A program made the translations under genes and the position numbers. A DNA stretch of 33,261 nt from a virus (Duplodnaviria; Caudoviricetes), in the IMG/VR virus record IMGVR_UViG_3300037462_000170, positions 1-33,261 of that record; one strand, written 5' to 3'. Each line of letters starts with the position of its first letter. The stretch's first letter is position 1. Under the pieces are notes generated by a model. The model was not told the origin of the DNA. It saw only the letters and a list, made by a program, of their open reading frames with translations, and did not search any database. This document shows, in pieces, positions 13,230-23,078 of this stretch.

Positions 13230-15359
13230 TCAGTGGATGGTCTCGCCGGGTGCGGGGTCGGTCACTGCCGGCTTGCGGCGGCCTGGCGCTCGCTTGCGCT
13301 CGGCGCTGTTCAGCGCGTCCTCGATCCGCTTGCGAAGCGCGCGGTCCTTCACGTACTGCCGCACAAAGCGCGTCATCGTCACCACCGGCACCGGGGCGCC
13401 GGACATGCCGATCAGCCCGGCGTCGCCAAAGGCGGCCAGGAGCGCCGACACGGTGTTGCTGGTGTTCACCGCGGCCTCTGGCGGCACGGTGCGCACGTAC
13501 TGCGCCAGGTCGCGCAGATCGCGCATGCGCTGGGCGCCTTCGCGGCCGAACACGAAATCGATCTTGCCGTCAGCGTCGAGCGAGCGGATCGCCTTGTCCA
13601 GTGCGGCCGGCGAGATCACGCGGTTGCCCGCGCTGTCGGTGGCCACGTTCTTGGTCGCCTCATCGCGCAGCCACTGCACCGTCGAGCCCTGCAGCTCGCG
13701 CCAGGCCTGCGCGCCGTCGTCGCCGGCTCGCTGTAGCACGCGGCGCACGTTGCGCACGTCGTCGAGCGAGCCCTTCAGGATCGTGTGCGAGAACACGTCC
13801 TCCAGGGCCACCTGCCGGTCTGACATGCCGCGCTTGTTGTTGAGCAGCTTGGCGATGACGGCCCGGTCTTCGTAGTTCTGCGCGAAGCGGGCGCGCATCT
13901 TCCGCGCCTGGCGGTACAGGTCGCCGCCAAGGCCGGCCGTCGACTCGTCGGTCAGGCCCTTGATGATGGTGGCCTGCCGCACGTTCGTCGGCTCGAAGTC
14001 CGTCGCTCGGTTGATGGCCTGGCGGAACCGCTCGGCCGCCTTCAGGGTGGCCGGCTGCGGCGTCAGGATGCCGTCAGGCCCTTCGGTGGCGATGCCCAAC
14101 TTCAGCGACAGCCTGCGGGCCACGTCCAGCAGCGGCGCGGTGGCCGACTCCGGCGCGGCGTCGTTCAGGTGCTGCACCACGCTGTCAAGCGTCACCGGCG
14201 ATTCGAGCTCGCCCGCCTTCTCCGCCGCGGTGTAGGCCGCGCGCACGCGCGCTTTGTCGGCCTGCGACTGCTTCACCAGGGCCTCGTCGACGGCGGCGCC
14301 GGTGGCGCGCAGCGTCGGCGCGCGGGCGCCGGTCTCGTCGATCCAGTGGTCGAAGTTCTGCAGGATGCGGTCGTTCTGCGCCAGCAGCCGGGCGCGCAGC
14401 GGCACGCCAGCGTCGGGGATCTTCGCCGCCTCGGTCTCGAACTTGAGCTGTGCAGCGTCGCGCGTGGCCTGGCCGCGCGTCAGCGCCGCGTCATCGGTGA
14501 AGCCCAGCATCTCGGCCGTGGTGCGGCGCTGCGTGGCCATGTCGGTGCCGGCGGCGCCCACGCTGCCCATCGTGCCGGGCGTCGGCCGCTGCGCCTGCGG
14601 CTCGCGCTGCAGGGCCTCCAGTGCTCGGCGCGGCAGCGTGGTCGACTCGCGGGCGAGCTGGCCGACCCGCTGCGCACCCTTGATGCCGGCCGCCACGGTG
14701 GCGTCGGCCGCGCCGGCTGCAGCTTCAGCGGCGCGCGGCGCGACGGCGCCGACGACATCTCGAGCTGTACCGGCGGCTGCGGCGCGGGCGGTCACGGCTG
14801 CGGGCGCGGCGCCACCAGCGCGGGCTGCCTGCATCGCGCCGGCGGCAGGCGCCATGTTGCCGGTCAGCGGCGCCAGCGGGATGAGGTTCTGCAGCGCCTG
14901 CCCGGCCGCCTCGGCCTGCGCCTGCCCCTGCTCCGTGCGCGGCTGATACGTCAGCGCCTGCGCGCCCTCGGCGGCCGACTGCTCGACGAGGTTTGCAGCC
15001 TCGGCCGTGCCGAACTTGCCGGCGAGGATCTGTTCGGCCAGCCCCTTGAGCGTGCCGCCGATCATGCCCAGCGCGCCGCCGGTGGCGCCGGTGGCAAGGC
15101 TCAGGCCGGCTTCTGCCGTGCCGACGGCCCGCTGCGCCAGCGTGGGGCCGGGCTGGGCCTGCGCCACCGCCACCCGGGCGGCCTCGCCTTCCTGGCCGGG
15201 GATGACGGCCGCGCGCCCGCCGTCGATGTTCACCAGCTTCTTGCCGGCGAACTCGCGGTCGGCACGCTCCTGCACCTCGCGCGGCGTGGCGTCGTCCGGA
15301 ACGCCTTCATAGACGTGCTGCGAGCCATCGGAGAAGGTCAGCGTGACGCGGCGGGCCAT
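13230..15359 (-). CDS. Large DNA ejection/transfer protein (position of P22 gp16)
   Basis: Ala-rich helical 709-aa protein, third of three ejection-type genes before the tailspike; start reset to MARRVTLTF. Confidence 0.7.
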   Translation of the reverse strand: MARRVTLTFSDGSQHVYEGVPDDATPREVQERADREFAGKKLVNIDGGRAAVIPGQEGEAARVAVAQAQPGPTLAQRAVGTAEAGLSLATGATGGALGMIGGTLKGLAEQILAGKFGTAEAANLVEQSAAEGAQALTYQPRTEQGQAQAEAAGQALQNLIPLAPLTGNMAPAAGAMQAARAGGAAPAAVTARAAAAGTARDVVGAVAPRAAEAAAGAADATVAAGIKGAQRVGQLARESTTLPRRALEALQREPQAQRPTPGTMGSVGAAGTDMATQRRTTAEMLGFTDDAALTRGQATRDAAQLKFETEAAKIPDAGVPLRARLLAQNDRILQNFDHWIDETGARAPTLRATGAAVDEALVKQSQADKARVRAAYTAAEKAGELESPVTLDSVVQHLNDAAPESATAPLLDVARRLSLKLGIATEGPDGILTPQPATLKAAERFRQAINRATDFEPTNVRQATIIKGLTDESTAGLGGDLYRQARKMRARFAQNYEDRAVIAKLLNNKRGMSDRQVALEDVFSHTILKGSLDDVRNVRRVLQRAGDDGAQAWRELQGSTVQWLRDEATKNVATDSAGNRVISPAALDKAIRSLDADGKIDFVFGREGAQRMRDLRDLAQYVRTVPPEAAVNTSNTVSALLAAFGDAGLIGMSGAPVPVVTMTRFVRQYVKDRALRKRIEDALNSAERKRAPGRRKPAVTDPAPGETIH

Positions 15360-15363
15360 CGGA

Positions 15364-16713
15364 TCACCAACCGCTGACGGTGACATTGCCGGCCGGTGCG
15401 GTCGGCTTGGCCGGGGTGTCGGGCTTGCCCAGCGTCACGCCGGTGCTGCGCTCGATGTTCTTGCGGCCCTTCAGCAGCAGGCGGCCGGCTTCCTCGAGGT
15501 TCGCGCGGAACTGCTTCTCCGACTGCGTGCGGGCCAGGTTCTGCAGGGCACTCTGCAGCTTCTCGCCCTCGGCGTTGGACAGCGCGCCCATGCCCTTGAT
15601 GTTGGGGATCTGCGCCAGGAAGGCCTGCGAGCCCAGCGTTTCGATCAGCGCGATGGCGTCCACCGATGCGTCGGCAACGGCCGGCATCCGGCCCTCGATG
15701 CCGCCCAGCACATCGTTCAGGTTTGGGTTCGCCTTGATGCGCTCGATGGTGTTCAGCATGTTGTCGATCGAGGCGGCGCCCGACTCGGCCGTGGCAACCT
15801 TCTCCCGCACCGCCGCATCGCGCTTGCTGGTCGCCTCCTCGATCTTCAGTTGCAGCTCGCGCAGCTTCAGGTCGTTGCCCTCGCGCGAGGTCTGCGCGTT
15901 CATGGCCGCAATGCGGGCGTTCATGCGCAAAATCTCGGTGTCCGCGGCCATCTTGGCGATCTGCGCGGCGTTCAGCTTGAGGTCGGCCACGGCCTGCGAC
16001 TCGGCGAACTTGGCCGCGACGGCGGCCTTCTGTGCGTCGGCTTCCTTCTTCGTCAGGTCGGCCGCCGCGGTCGGCTCGGCAAAGCGCGCCGTCACCTCGG
16101 CCGTCGTCGCCTTGGCGTTGGCCTCGCGCACCGCCGGGCCTTGCAGCTCGGCCGCCCTGCCCTCGGCGCCCAGCTTGGCGAAGGTCTCGGCGAACTTGTC
16201 GGGCTCCATGATGCCGGCCAGGAAGGTGCCGATCTGGTAGCGCGCCTGCACCGGGTCTTGCCCGATCAGCTCCGCCGACTGCTCCATGGACTTGGCGCCG
16301 GCCTCGTCGCCGCTGTTGCGCATGGCCGCCGCGCGCTCGCGCAGGATGTTCTGCGCGATGTCCGGCCGGCCGCTGCTGGTGGCCGCGTAGGCGCGGGTCA
16401 GCATCTCCTGCACGCCGGCCCGGCGGTCCTGGCTGACCATCTCCCACGACTGCTTCGCCGGCTCGCGCAGGCTGGGGTACTTCATCACCAGCGCGGCATA
16501 GTCCTTGGCCGTCGCGCTCGGGTTCGACGACAGCGCCGCGACCTCCTGCTGCATCTGCTGCTGCGCCAGCAGCGCGGCCTGCCGCTGCTGCGCCTGCAGG
16601 GCCAGCGCCTGCTGCTGCTGCTGGTCGTCGCGGATCGCGGCGCCGGCTTGGTAGCCCTGCAGTGCAGCCTGGAACGGCTGCCGCACCTGGGTCATGTAGT
16701 CGATGGGCTGCAT
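15364..16713 (-). CDS. DNA ejection/transfer protein (position of P22 gp20)
   Basis: MQPIDY start, Gln/Ala-rich coiled coil, C-terminal KGMGALSNAEGEKL motif; synteny. Confidence 0.75.
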   Translation of the reverse strand: MQPIDYMTQVRQPFQAALQGYQAGAAIRDDQQQQQALALQAQQRQAALLAQQQMQQEVAALSSNPSATAKDYAALVMKYPSLREPAKQSWEMVSQDRRAGVQEMLTRAYAATSSGRPDIAQNILRERAAAMRNSGDEAGAKSMEQSAELIGQDPVQARYQIGTFLAGIMEPDKFAETFAKLGAEGRAAELQGPAVREANAKATTAEVTARFAEPTAAADLTKKEADAQKAAVAAKFAESQAVADLKLNAAQIAKMAADTEILRMNARIAAMNAQTSREGNDLKLRELQLKIEEATSKRDAAVREKVATAESGAASIDNMLNTIERIKANPNLNDVLGGIEGRMPAVADASVDAIALIETLGSQAFLAQIPNIKGMGALSNAEGEKLQSALQNLARTQSEKQFRANLEEAGRLLLKGRKNIERSTGVTLGKPDTPAKPTAPAGNVTVSGW

Positions 16714-17981
16714 CAGAAGCCTCCGCGCGTGGCCGGCGCAATCGGCGGCGCGCCGCCCGGCGTGGCGCCACCGAGGCCCGAGTACATGCCCGCCAGTTGC
16801 GCCAGCGCCGCGGCGTAGCCGGTGTTCGTGGCGCCCTGCGCCAGCGCGCCGCCGGCCTGCGATGCGCCGATCTGGCCCAGCAGCTGCGTCACGTTGGTGC
16901 CCGTGGCCACCCCGGCATTGCCCGTGCCCGCCGCCGCGTTCTGGCCGATGCTGGTCAGCCCGCCGAGCCGGCCGTATTGCTGCTCGATGAGCTGCGCCAG
17001 CACGTTCGGCCGGAAGGTGGCCAGCGCCGCCTGCGTGTTGCCGCCGCGAAGCCCGCCGGTGGCCGATGCGTTCTGAAGGATGGCGTTTTCGCCCTGCTGC
17101 ATCAGCGCGGCCATCTGCGGGGAGCCTTCGAGCGCCGCGATCGCCGCGCGCTGCGCGTCGGTGCCGTTCAGGCCGGCCAGATCAGCCTGCCCGCCCAGCG
17201 CCTTGGTGCCGGCCTGCGCGTAGGGCGCCAGCAGCTGCTGCACGAGGTCGAACTGCCGGCGCTGCTCGGAGATGCCGGACTGCGCGGCCTGCTGCTGCGC
17301 CGCAGCTGCATCCTGCGCCGCCTGGCCCTGGGCATAGGTGCCGTAGAGCTGCGACGCTGCGCTGATCCACGGGAAGGCCTGTTGCATTGCGGTCATGGTG
17401 CCGGCGCCTCCTGCGACCGTTGGCGCGGCTGCGGCCGCGGCACCGCCGGCCGCTGCAGTCATCGTGCCCGGGGCCATCGCTCCGGGGACCATGGCCGCGA
17501 TTTCGGCCTGCGTCAGCCCGGCGGCCTGCAGCGCGGCCACCTGCTCGGCGGTGGTCATGGCGGCGCCGGTCGCTGCCCCTGCGCCGCCGGCGGTGTTGGC
17601 CATGGCCAGGTTCCCGCCCAGCGCGCCGCCGAACATCAGCGCCGCGGTGTTGAACTGCCGGCCGCCGCCGTCCTGGGCTTCGAAGGCGCCCAGGTAGTTG
17701 CCGTCCATGTCCCATCGGTCGGCCAGGCCGCCGCCGGTGTTCGGCCGCAGCAGGGTGATGAAGCGCTGATCCAGCGACGGGTCGGCGACCATCGTGCCGC
17801 TGTCGCCCATGTTCTCGGCCATGCGCTGGCCGAGGTACTCGTGGACCATGAACCCGTTTGGGTCGTCGGTCTTCAGGCGCGGGTCATACCAGACGCGCCC
17901 CGGGCCGGATGCGACGCCTTGGCCGCTGCGAAGGGCCAGGATCTGCTGCAGCTGCTCCGGCGTGAGATTCGGGACCGCCAT
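16713..17981 (-). CDS. DNA ejection/transfer protein (P22 gp7-like)
   Basis: GISEQRRQFD...LLAPY.QAG...QGENAILQNASATGGLRGGNTQAALA motif; ATG 17981 after GGAG. Confidence 0.8.
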   Translation of the reverse strand: MAVPNLTPEQLQQILALRSGQGVASGPGRVWYDPRLKTDDPNGFMVHEYLGQRMAENMGDSGTMVADPSLDQRFITLLRPNTGGGLADRWDMDGNYLGAFEAQDGGGRQFNTAALMFGGALGGNLAMANTAGGAGAATGAAMTTAEQVAALQAAGLTQAEIAAMVPGAMAPGTMTAAAGGAAAAAAPTVAGGAGTMTAMQQAFPWISAASQLYGTYAQGQAAQDAAAAQQQAAQSGISEQRRQFDLVQQLLAPYAQAGTKALGGQADLAGLNGTDAQRAAIAALEGSPQMAALMQQGENAILQNASATGGLRGGNTQAALATFRPNVLAQLIEQQYGRLGGLTSIGQNAAAGTGNAGVATGTNVTQLLGQIGASQAGGALAQGATNTGYAAALAQLAGMYSGLGGATPGGAPPIAPATRGGF

Positions 17982-18088
17982 GCTCTCCACCCTGGTGGGT
18001 TGCGAGCTGCTGGCGGCTCAACGGTCTCAGCGGGCCGGGCATGTCGCCCGGTCGGTGCGCGGATTGTAGGGGCGGCCCGCGCGCCGCG

Positions 18089-18745
18089 CTATGGCTTCAG
18101 TTCGACGGCAAATGCCGAGTAGTAGGCGGCGCCGGCCGCGGTCACGTAGGTGTCGCCGAAGGACGCAACGCCGCCGGCCGTGTCAAACACCACGCCGGTG
18201 CCGCCGCCCAGCGCCGAAGGGCTGGTGGTGCGCCGCGTCAGGCCGGCCGGGTCCGTCACCGAGGCCTTGAGCTGATTCCAGATCACCCCGCCCCACACCC
18301 ATGCCTTGCCGCTGGTGTCCTCCATCGTCAGCGCCGGGATCTCGCCGCCGAAGTTGTCGAGGATGTCGGAAACGCGCGCCGCCTCGCCGACGTCGGTCGG
18401 TCCGCGGTAGATGTAGACGCCCACCTGAGCCGTGCCGGCCGCGCCGTAGAACTCATACGCGCCGGCCGGGGCCATGCACCACATGAGGTGCACGCCGTTG
18501 CCGAAGCTCGGTGACCACTGGTCGATGCTGGTGAAGGTGATCAGGTCGGTCGAGAAGGCATCGCGCAGCTTGCCGATGCCGGGCGCCGAGGTGCCGCGGG
18601 CGCAGACGATGATGAAGTCGCCCGGGTTGTGCGCCGGCAGCTCGAGCTGCTCGGGCGTGTCGTCGCCGGTGGCCGCGGTGTAGACCGCCGCGACGAACTC
18701 GATGTCGCCCGCCGGGCTGCTGAAGAACGTCGGCCCGACGATCAC
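18089..18745 (-). CDS. Putative virion accessory protein (beta-rich)
   Basis: Coupled to the upstream fibre-like gene; Gly/Thr/aromatic-rich. Confidence 0.6.
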   Translation of the reverse strand: MIVGPTFFSSPAGDIEFVAAVYTAATGDDTPEQLELPAHNPGDFIIVCARGTSAPGIGKLRDAFSTDLITFTSIDQWSPSFGNGVHLMWCMAPAGAYEFYGAAGTAQVGVYIYRGPTDVGEAARVSDILDNFGGEIPALTMEDTSGKAWVWGGVIWNQLKASVTDPAGLTRRTTSPSALGGGTGVVFDTAGGVASFGDTYVTAAGAAYYSAFAVELKP

Positions 18746-19395
18746 GGCGGCGCCTCGAAGGCCTTGTTGATCACGCAGATGAGCGTGCCGTCCGCCGCAT
18801 CGTATTGGCAGGACATGAAGTCCAGCGCGTCGGCCGCGGTGCTGAGCACCGGCGCCGCGCCGCCGGGGAAGGTGTACATGCTGCCGAAGGCCAGCGTGTG
18901 GCCGCCGGTGCCGTCCTGCAGGATGCGCACGTTGAACACCTGGCCGTCGATGAGGCCGGTCGGGTTCGCCAGCGTGCGGTTGCCGCCCAGCACGACGCGG
19001 AAGTTGTTGCCCAGCGCCGCGTTGATGTTGATGGTCGCTGCGTCGGTCAGCGTGACGACCGTCTCGCCCAGGTCGGCCCGGGTCTGCGCCACGGTCAGCA
19101 GGCCCAGCACGCCGGCCGCGAGCTTGGCGTAGCCGCTGCCGGTGGCGCGCTTGCCGAGCTTGCCGCTGGTGTCGGCGAACAGCACCAGTTCGTCGACGAC
19201 GCTGGCCGCGGTGTTGCTGCTGAAGTCGCCCGGCGTGCCGATGGCGTCGATGATGGCCTGCAGCGCCTCGATGAGCTGGCTCAGCGTCAGGATGTCGTCG
19301 CCCAGCGCCTCGATCAGCCGAATGGCGCGCGGGTTCGTGCCGACCGCAGCCGCGACCTGATCGCGCGTGAGCCGGCGCGACTGCAGATCAGCCAT
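18742..19395 (-). CDS. Tail needle/fibre-like protein
   Basis: Follows the gp10-like gene; N-terminal LTRDQ helix; C-terminal LTDAATI...GNNFRVVLGGNRTLANPT fibre-type domain. Confidence 0.65.
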   Translation of the reverse strand: MADLQSRRLTRDQVAAAVGTNPRAIRLIEALGDDILTLSQLIEALQAIIDAIGTPGDFSSNTAASVVDELVLFADTSGKLGKRATGSGYAKLAAGVLGLLTVAQTRADLGETVVTLTDAATININAALGNNFRVVLGGNRTLANPTGLIDGQVFNVRILQDGTGGHTLAFGSMYTFPGGAAPVLSTAADALDFMSCQYDAADGTLICVINKAFEAPP

Positions 19396-20806
19396 GGCCC
19401 TGCTTCGTGTGCAGCGGCTCGATCTGGATTTCGAGCCTGGCCACCGACAGGTGCGCCTCGCTGGTGCCGCGGAATCGCTGCACGCGCCAGTGGCGCAGCT
19501 GGCCCTGCCGGCGCCACGCGATGCGCTTCGCGCGCTGGCCCTGGCGCCCGGCCGGCATCGGCCGCTCCTGGCTCCACGTCGCGCCGTCGTTGCTGTAACT
19601 GGTCCAGATCACGGGCGATGCGCCCATGGCCGCGCTGCCTGGCAGCGTGACGAGCTCGATGTCGTGCACGATGGCGCCCAGGCCTTCGGCGTACATCACC
19701 GGCGTGCCGAACTCCCAGCCCACGGGCTGGCCCCAGTGCGACGAAACCGCGTCCGTCAGCCGGCCGAGCTTGGCCGACAGCGGGTCGGCCACGTTCCACC
19801 GGTCATAGCACCACACCAGATTGCGCGCCCGGTAGGTGGACGGGTGCAGCAGGCCCGAGTCGAGCGTGAACCACACCGGCACGCCCATCGTCTTGCTGGC
19901 CATGGCGTCATAGACGAGGCAGCGGTCTGGCAAGTGGATCAGCACATGCTGGTGGTGCTTGTCGACGCGCGTCTCGACGACGGTCACGGAAAGCTGCGCC
20001 TCGGTGAAGCCGGCCAGGATCTCGTCGACCTCGCGCGTGCTGATCTTAGCCACGTTGCCGGGCACCATCTGATAGACCGCGGGGGCCTCGCGCCGGCCGC
20101 TGCCCACGAACATGAAGGTGTCCTGCAGCGAGTCATAGGCGTGCGTGCCGATCACGCCCTTGGTGATCTGCGCGCCGTCGATGCGGCGGAATGGGAAGCC
20201 CGTGCCGCCGACGTTCTGGTACACCTCGATGCTGTAGCGCCCGAAGGCATAGGCCTCGGTGCGCAGCTCGTCGATGGCCAGGATGGGGTCGGGGTCGGTT
20301 TCGGCGCTGCCGTACTTCAGCGGGTTGACCTGCGTCGGGTCGGCCAGCTCGGTGACCACAAGGTATTCGCCGTCGGTGGTCATGAAGTAGCCGCCGATGT
20401 ACTGCATGTCGACGACGGTCAGCAGGTCCGGGTCGGTCACCTGGGTCAGCGTGGCGCCGTCCCAGTAGTAGAGGCGGCCGCCAGAGGCCACGGCCAGGCG
20501 GTCGAAGCTGTAGTCGAGCGTCACCTGTCCGCCGCTGCCCACGTCGCCCAGCACCGTGGCCAGGCCGTCGACGCCGATGCGGCAGAGCTTGGTGCCCATC
20601 ACGCGGTACAGCGAGCCGTTCCAGTTGATGCCGCCGCGGCAGATGCCGGGGCCGCTGCCGGCGTCGGCGATGCCATCGGCCGGGCGCAGGTAGCCGCCGC
20701 TGATGCCGGTCTCCTTCGGCACCGGCACCATGTTGCGCGGGTAGCTGGTGCGCATGTCGGGCGACGAGCCGTTCGCGTAGATCCCGCTCAGAATTTGCAC
20801 CTGCAT
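19388..20806 (-). CDS. P22 gp10-like tail hub / packaged DNA stabilisation protein
   Basis: 472 aa; YPRNMVPVP...GYLRPADG, RGGINWNG.LYRVMG.KL, YGSAE.DPDPI motifs. Confidence 0.88.
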   Translation of the reverse strand: MQVQILSGIYANGSSPDMRTSYPRNMVPVPKETGISGGYLRPADGIADAGSGPGICRGGINWNGSLYRVMGTKLCRIGVDGLATVLGDVGSGGQVTLDYSFDRLAVASGGRLYYWDGATLTQVTDPDLLTVVDMQYIGGYFMTTDGEYLVVTELADPTQVNPLKYGSAETDPDPILAIDELRTEAYAFGRYSIEVYQNVGGTGFPFRRIDGAQITKGVIGTHAYDSLQDTFMFVGSGRREAPAVYQMVPGNVAKISTREVDEILAGFTEAQLSVTVVETRVDKHHQHVLIHLPDRCLVYDAMASKTMGVPVWFTLDSGLLHPSTYRARNLVWCYDRWNVADPLSAKLGRLTDAVSSHWGQPVGWEFGTPVMYAEGLGAIVHDIELVTLPGSAAMGASPVIWTSYSNDGATWSQERPMPAGRQGQRAKRIAWRRQGQLRHWRVQRFRGTSEAHLSVARLEIQIEPLHTKQGHG

Positions 20807-20813
20807 GGCCGCC

Positions 20814-22181
20814 TCACATCACCACGAGCACGACGCCCGTGGCCGTCATCACCTGGCCCTGGTTGCCGCCCGGCAGCGCGTGCACCTTGACGAGCTTCGT
20901 CGTGCCGCGGCGCTTGGCGTGCGTGGGCACGTTGTCGTCGTCGATCACCAGCGTCCACAGCTCGCCGTTGCGCGCCATGCCGATGCGCGGCGGGGACATG
21001 GCGCCGTCGCCTGGGGTCCAGCTCGAGGAGCCGCCGATGTTCGCCAGCGCCTGCGCGATGTCGAGTTCGCCGGCTTGTCCGATCACCAGCGACGCGCCGC
21101 TGATGAGCGCGGTCAGCGGCTGGGCGGTGTCGATCTCCAGCGCCATGCCGGCCAGGATCGTGGCCGCGGCCTGCGCGGACATGGCCTGCGCGCTGTCGGT
21201 CTCGGTCGCCTGCCCGATTGCCACCGTGCGCACGCCAGGGACTGCGGTAAGCGGCTGCGCCGTGTCGGTCTCGATGGCCTGGCTGATCAGCGTGGCGCCG
21301 CCGACCAGCGTGGTCATGGACTGCGCCTCGTCGGTTTCCTGGGCCTGGCCGATGGCTGCCGCGAACGTCGCGCCGGCCGTCAGCGCCTGGGCCGTGTCAG
21401 ACTCGGCCGCCTGCCCGATGCCGACCGTCTGCGGGCTGCCGCCGGTGACGGGCGTCAGGGCCTGCGCGGTGTCGGTCTCCGATGCCTGACCAATGGCGGC
21501 GGCCAGTGCCGTCGTGACCGTGAATCCCTGCGCGGTGTCGGTCTCAGTGGCCTGGCCGATGGCGACGGTCTGGCCGCTGGTCGGCATCGTGGCGGTGTCG
21601 CCATTCGTGCCGACGTTGAAGTAGCGCCAAAGCTGCGTGTTGGTGTTGGCGCCCTTCACGCACCCGACGTGCCCGGCCGTGCTGTAGGTGGCGTCGGTCT
21701 GGCTGCAGATCCACGTCCCAGGCTCGTCGCCCTCCGCGCCGGTCCAGCCCTTTGCCTGGATCGTGGTCCCGACCATGCGAAAGCGAATCCAAACCCAGGT
21801 ACCGGACGCAACCGAGAAGGTGCCGTTCTCGATTGCCGTGTAGGTCGACCCGTTGAATCGGTAAGTGTCGATCGAGTTGGTTCGCACCCGCAGCGCGTAG
21901 CCGTTGCGGGTGCCAGACGTCGAGATGCGGCCGCCCAGGTAGCGTTGCGTCGCTGTCGTCGAATCAACGTAGACCTGACAGAGGATGTCGAAGTCGTCGC
22001 GGTCGGCATCCGCGTCGATGTCATTCCAGACCAGCGCTTCGTTGTGGCTGCTGGTGCTGGTGGCCTGCAACTGGTCGGTGCTGACCGGCGCAGTCCAGAC
22101 AGGCGTCGAGTGGCCGGAGGTTAGCTCGACTTCCGTCCAGTCACCGATGCCATCGGCGAAGTCATGATGGAAGACGGCCAC
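20814..22181 (-). CDS. Putative fibre/adhesin with beta-rich N-domain and tandem repeats
   Basis: Trp/Thr-rich N-terminal ~200 aa followed by 8 IGQAxETDTAQ repeats. Confidence 0.7.
   Translation of the reverse strand: MAVFHHDFADGIGDWTEVELTSGHSTPVWTAPVSTDQLQATSTSSHNEALVWNDIDADADRDDFDILCQVYVDSTTATQRYLGGRISTSGTRNGYALRVRTNSIDTYRFNGSTYTAIENGTFSVASGTWVWIRFRMVGTTIQAKGWTGAEGDEPGTWICSQTDATYSTAGHVGCVKGANTNTQLWRYFNVGTNGDTATMPTSGQTVAIGQATETDTAQGFTVTTALAAAIGQASETDTAQALTPVTGGSPQTVGIGQAAESDTAQALTAGATFAAAIGQAQETDEAQSMTTLVGGATLISQAIETDTAQPLTAVPGVRTVAIGQATETDSAQAMSAQAAATILAGMALEIDTAQPLTALISGASLVIGQAGELDIAQALANIGGSSSWTPGDGAMSPPRIGMARNGELWTLVIDDDNVPTHAKRRGTTKLVKVHALPGGNQGQVMTATGVVLVVM
21051..21560 (-). repeat. 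Eight degenerate coding repeats of about 22-25 aa
   Basis: IGQATETDTAQ, IGQASETDTAQ, IGQAAESDTAQ, IGQAQETDEAQ, ISQAIETDTAQ, IGQATETDSAQ, AGMALEIDTAQ, IGQAGELDIAQ. Confidence 0.9.
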
Positions 22182-22191
22182 TGCTCAGGCC

Positions 22192-22587
22192 TCAGCCCCA
22201 GGGGTCGATGATGTCGACGAACTCGATGTTCACGCCGGGCTGCACCTCGTGCACCGCCAGCTCGATCACTTCCTTGATCGACATCGTGGCGTGCGGCTGG
22301 AAGGTGAAGCCGAACGATCGGATGGATGCCGCAATGGCGTTGCGGTCGTCCTGCGGGATCGTCGACCACGAGACGCCCAGCGGCGCGTCTGGGAAGATGA
22401 AGACCGCGGGGTCTTGGCTGACTGCCTGCAGGTTCGGCAGCGCCACCAGGCCGCAGCACTTCTCGGCATCGTCGTTGCTGTAGTTCTTGAGCACCGGCGT
22501 GTCGGGGTGCGAATATGGCGACACGAGCGGGTATCGCTCGCCGCTCTCCGGGTCCGTCGTCAGGGTCGTGAAAAACCAGCGCTTCAT
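22192..22587 (-). CDS. Hypothetical protein
   Basis: AAGGAG RBS; in-operon position. Confidence 0.75.
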   Translation of the reverse strand: MKRWFFTTLTTDPESGERYPLVSPYSHPDTPVLKNYSNDDAEKCCGLVALPNLQAVSQDPAVFIFPDAPLGVSWSTIPQDDRNAIAASIRSFGFTFQPHATMSIKEVIELAVHEVQPGVNIEFVDIIDPWG

Positions 22588-22603
22588 GGCGAACTCCTTT
22601 GCC

Positions 22604-23077
22604 TCAGCTTGCGCGGAAGAACCCGGCGGCGGCCACCTGCATGGTGATGTCGCCGCCGTTGGGGGTGACTGCGAAGTCGTGCAGCGTCAGCGGCACGATG
22701 CTGCTGTCGGTGCCGCTCGTGGTGTCGTTGTCGTAGGCGATCACGACGTCGGTCCAGGCGGTGCCAGACGCGACGCTCGTCCACGTCTGGTCTGGGATGT
22801 CGAGGTCCACCCGGTCGTTCGCGTCGTCGGGCGCGAAGGCCGTCAGGTCGGCGTCGGTCAGCGTCTTGCGGGCATAGCCGCTGTTCGCCACCTCGGCCGC
22901 GTTGGCGTCGCCTTCGATGGCGGCCAGCGTGTCGTAGTCGCGCAGCGTGGCATCGGTGGCCGCGCCGACGTTGAAGACGGCGACGATCAGCGCCGAGTTG
23001 GCGGGGTCGTTGCTGTCGACGCGGTTGTAAAGCTCGGCCGCGCGGCCCTTGGCGATGTTGAAGACCAGATCCGCCAT
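22604..23077 (-). CDS. Putative virion structural protein
   Basis: Acidic and Thr-rich; E....GYARKTL...D.TW...TPNGGDIT pattern typical of small virion appendage proteins. Confidence 0.72.
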   Translation of the reverse strand: MADLVFNIAKGRAAELYNRVDSNDPANSALIVAVFNVGAATDATLRDYDTLAAIEGDANAAEVANSGYARKTLTDADLTAFAPDDANDRVDLDIPDQTWTSVASGTAWTDVVIAYDNDTTSGTDSSIVPLTLHDFAVTPNGGDITMQVAAAGFFRAS

Positions 23078-23078
23078 G

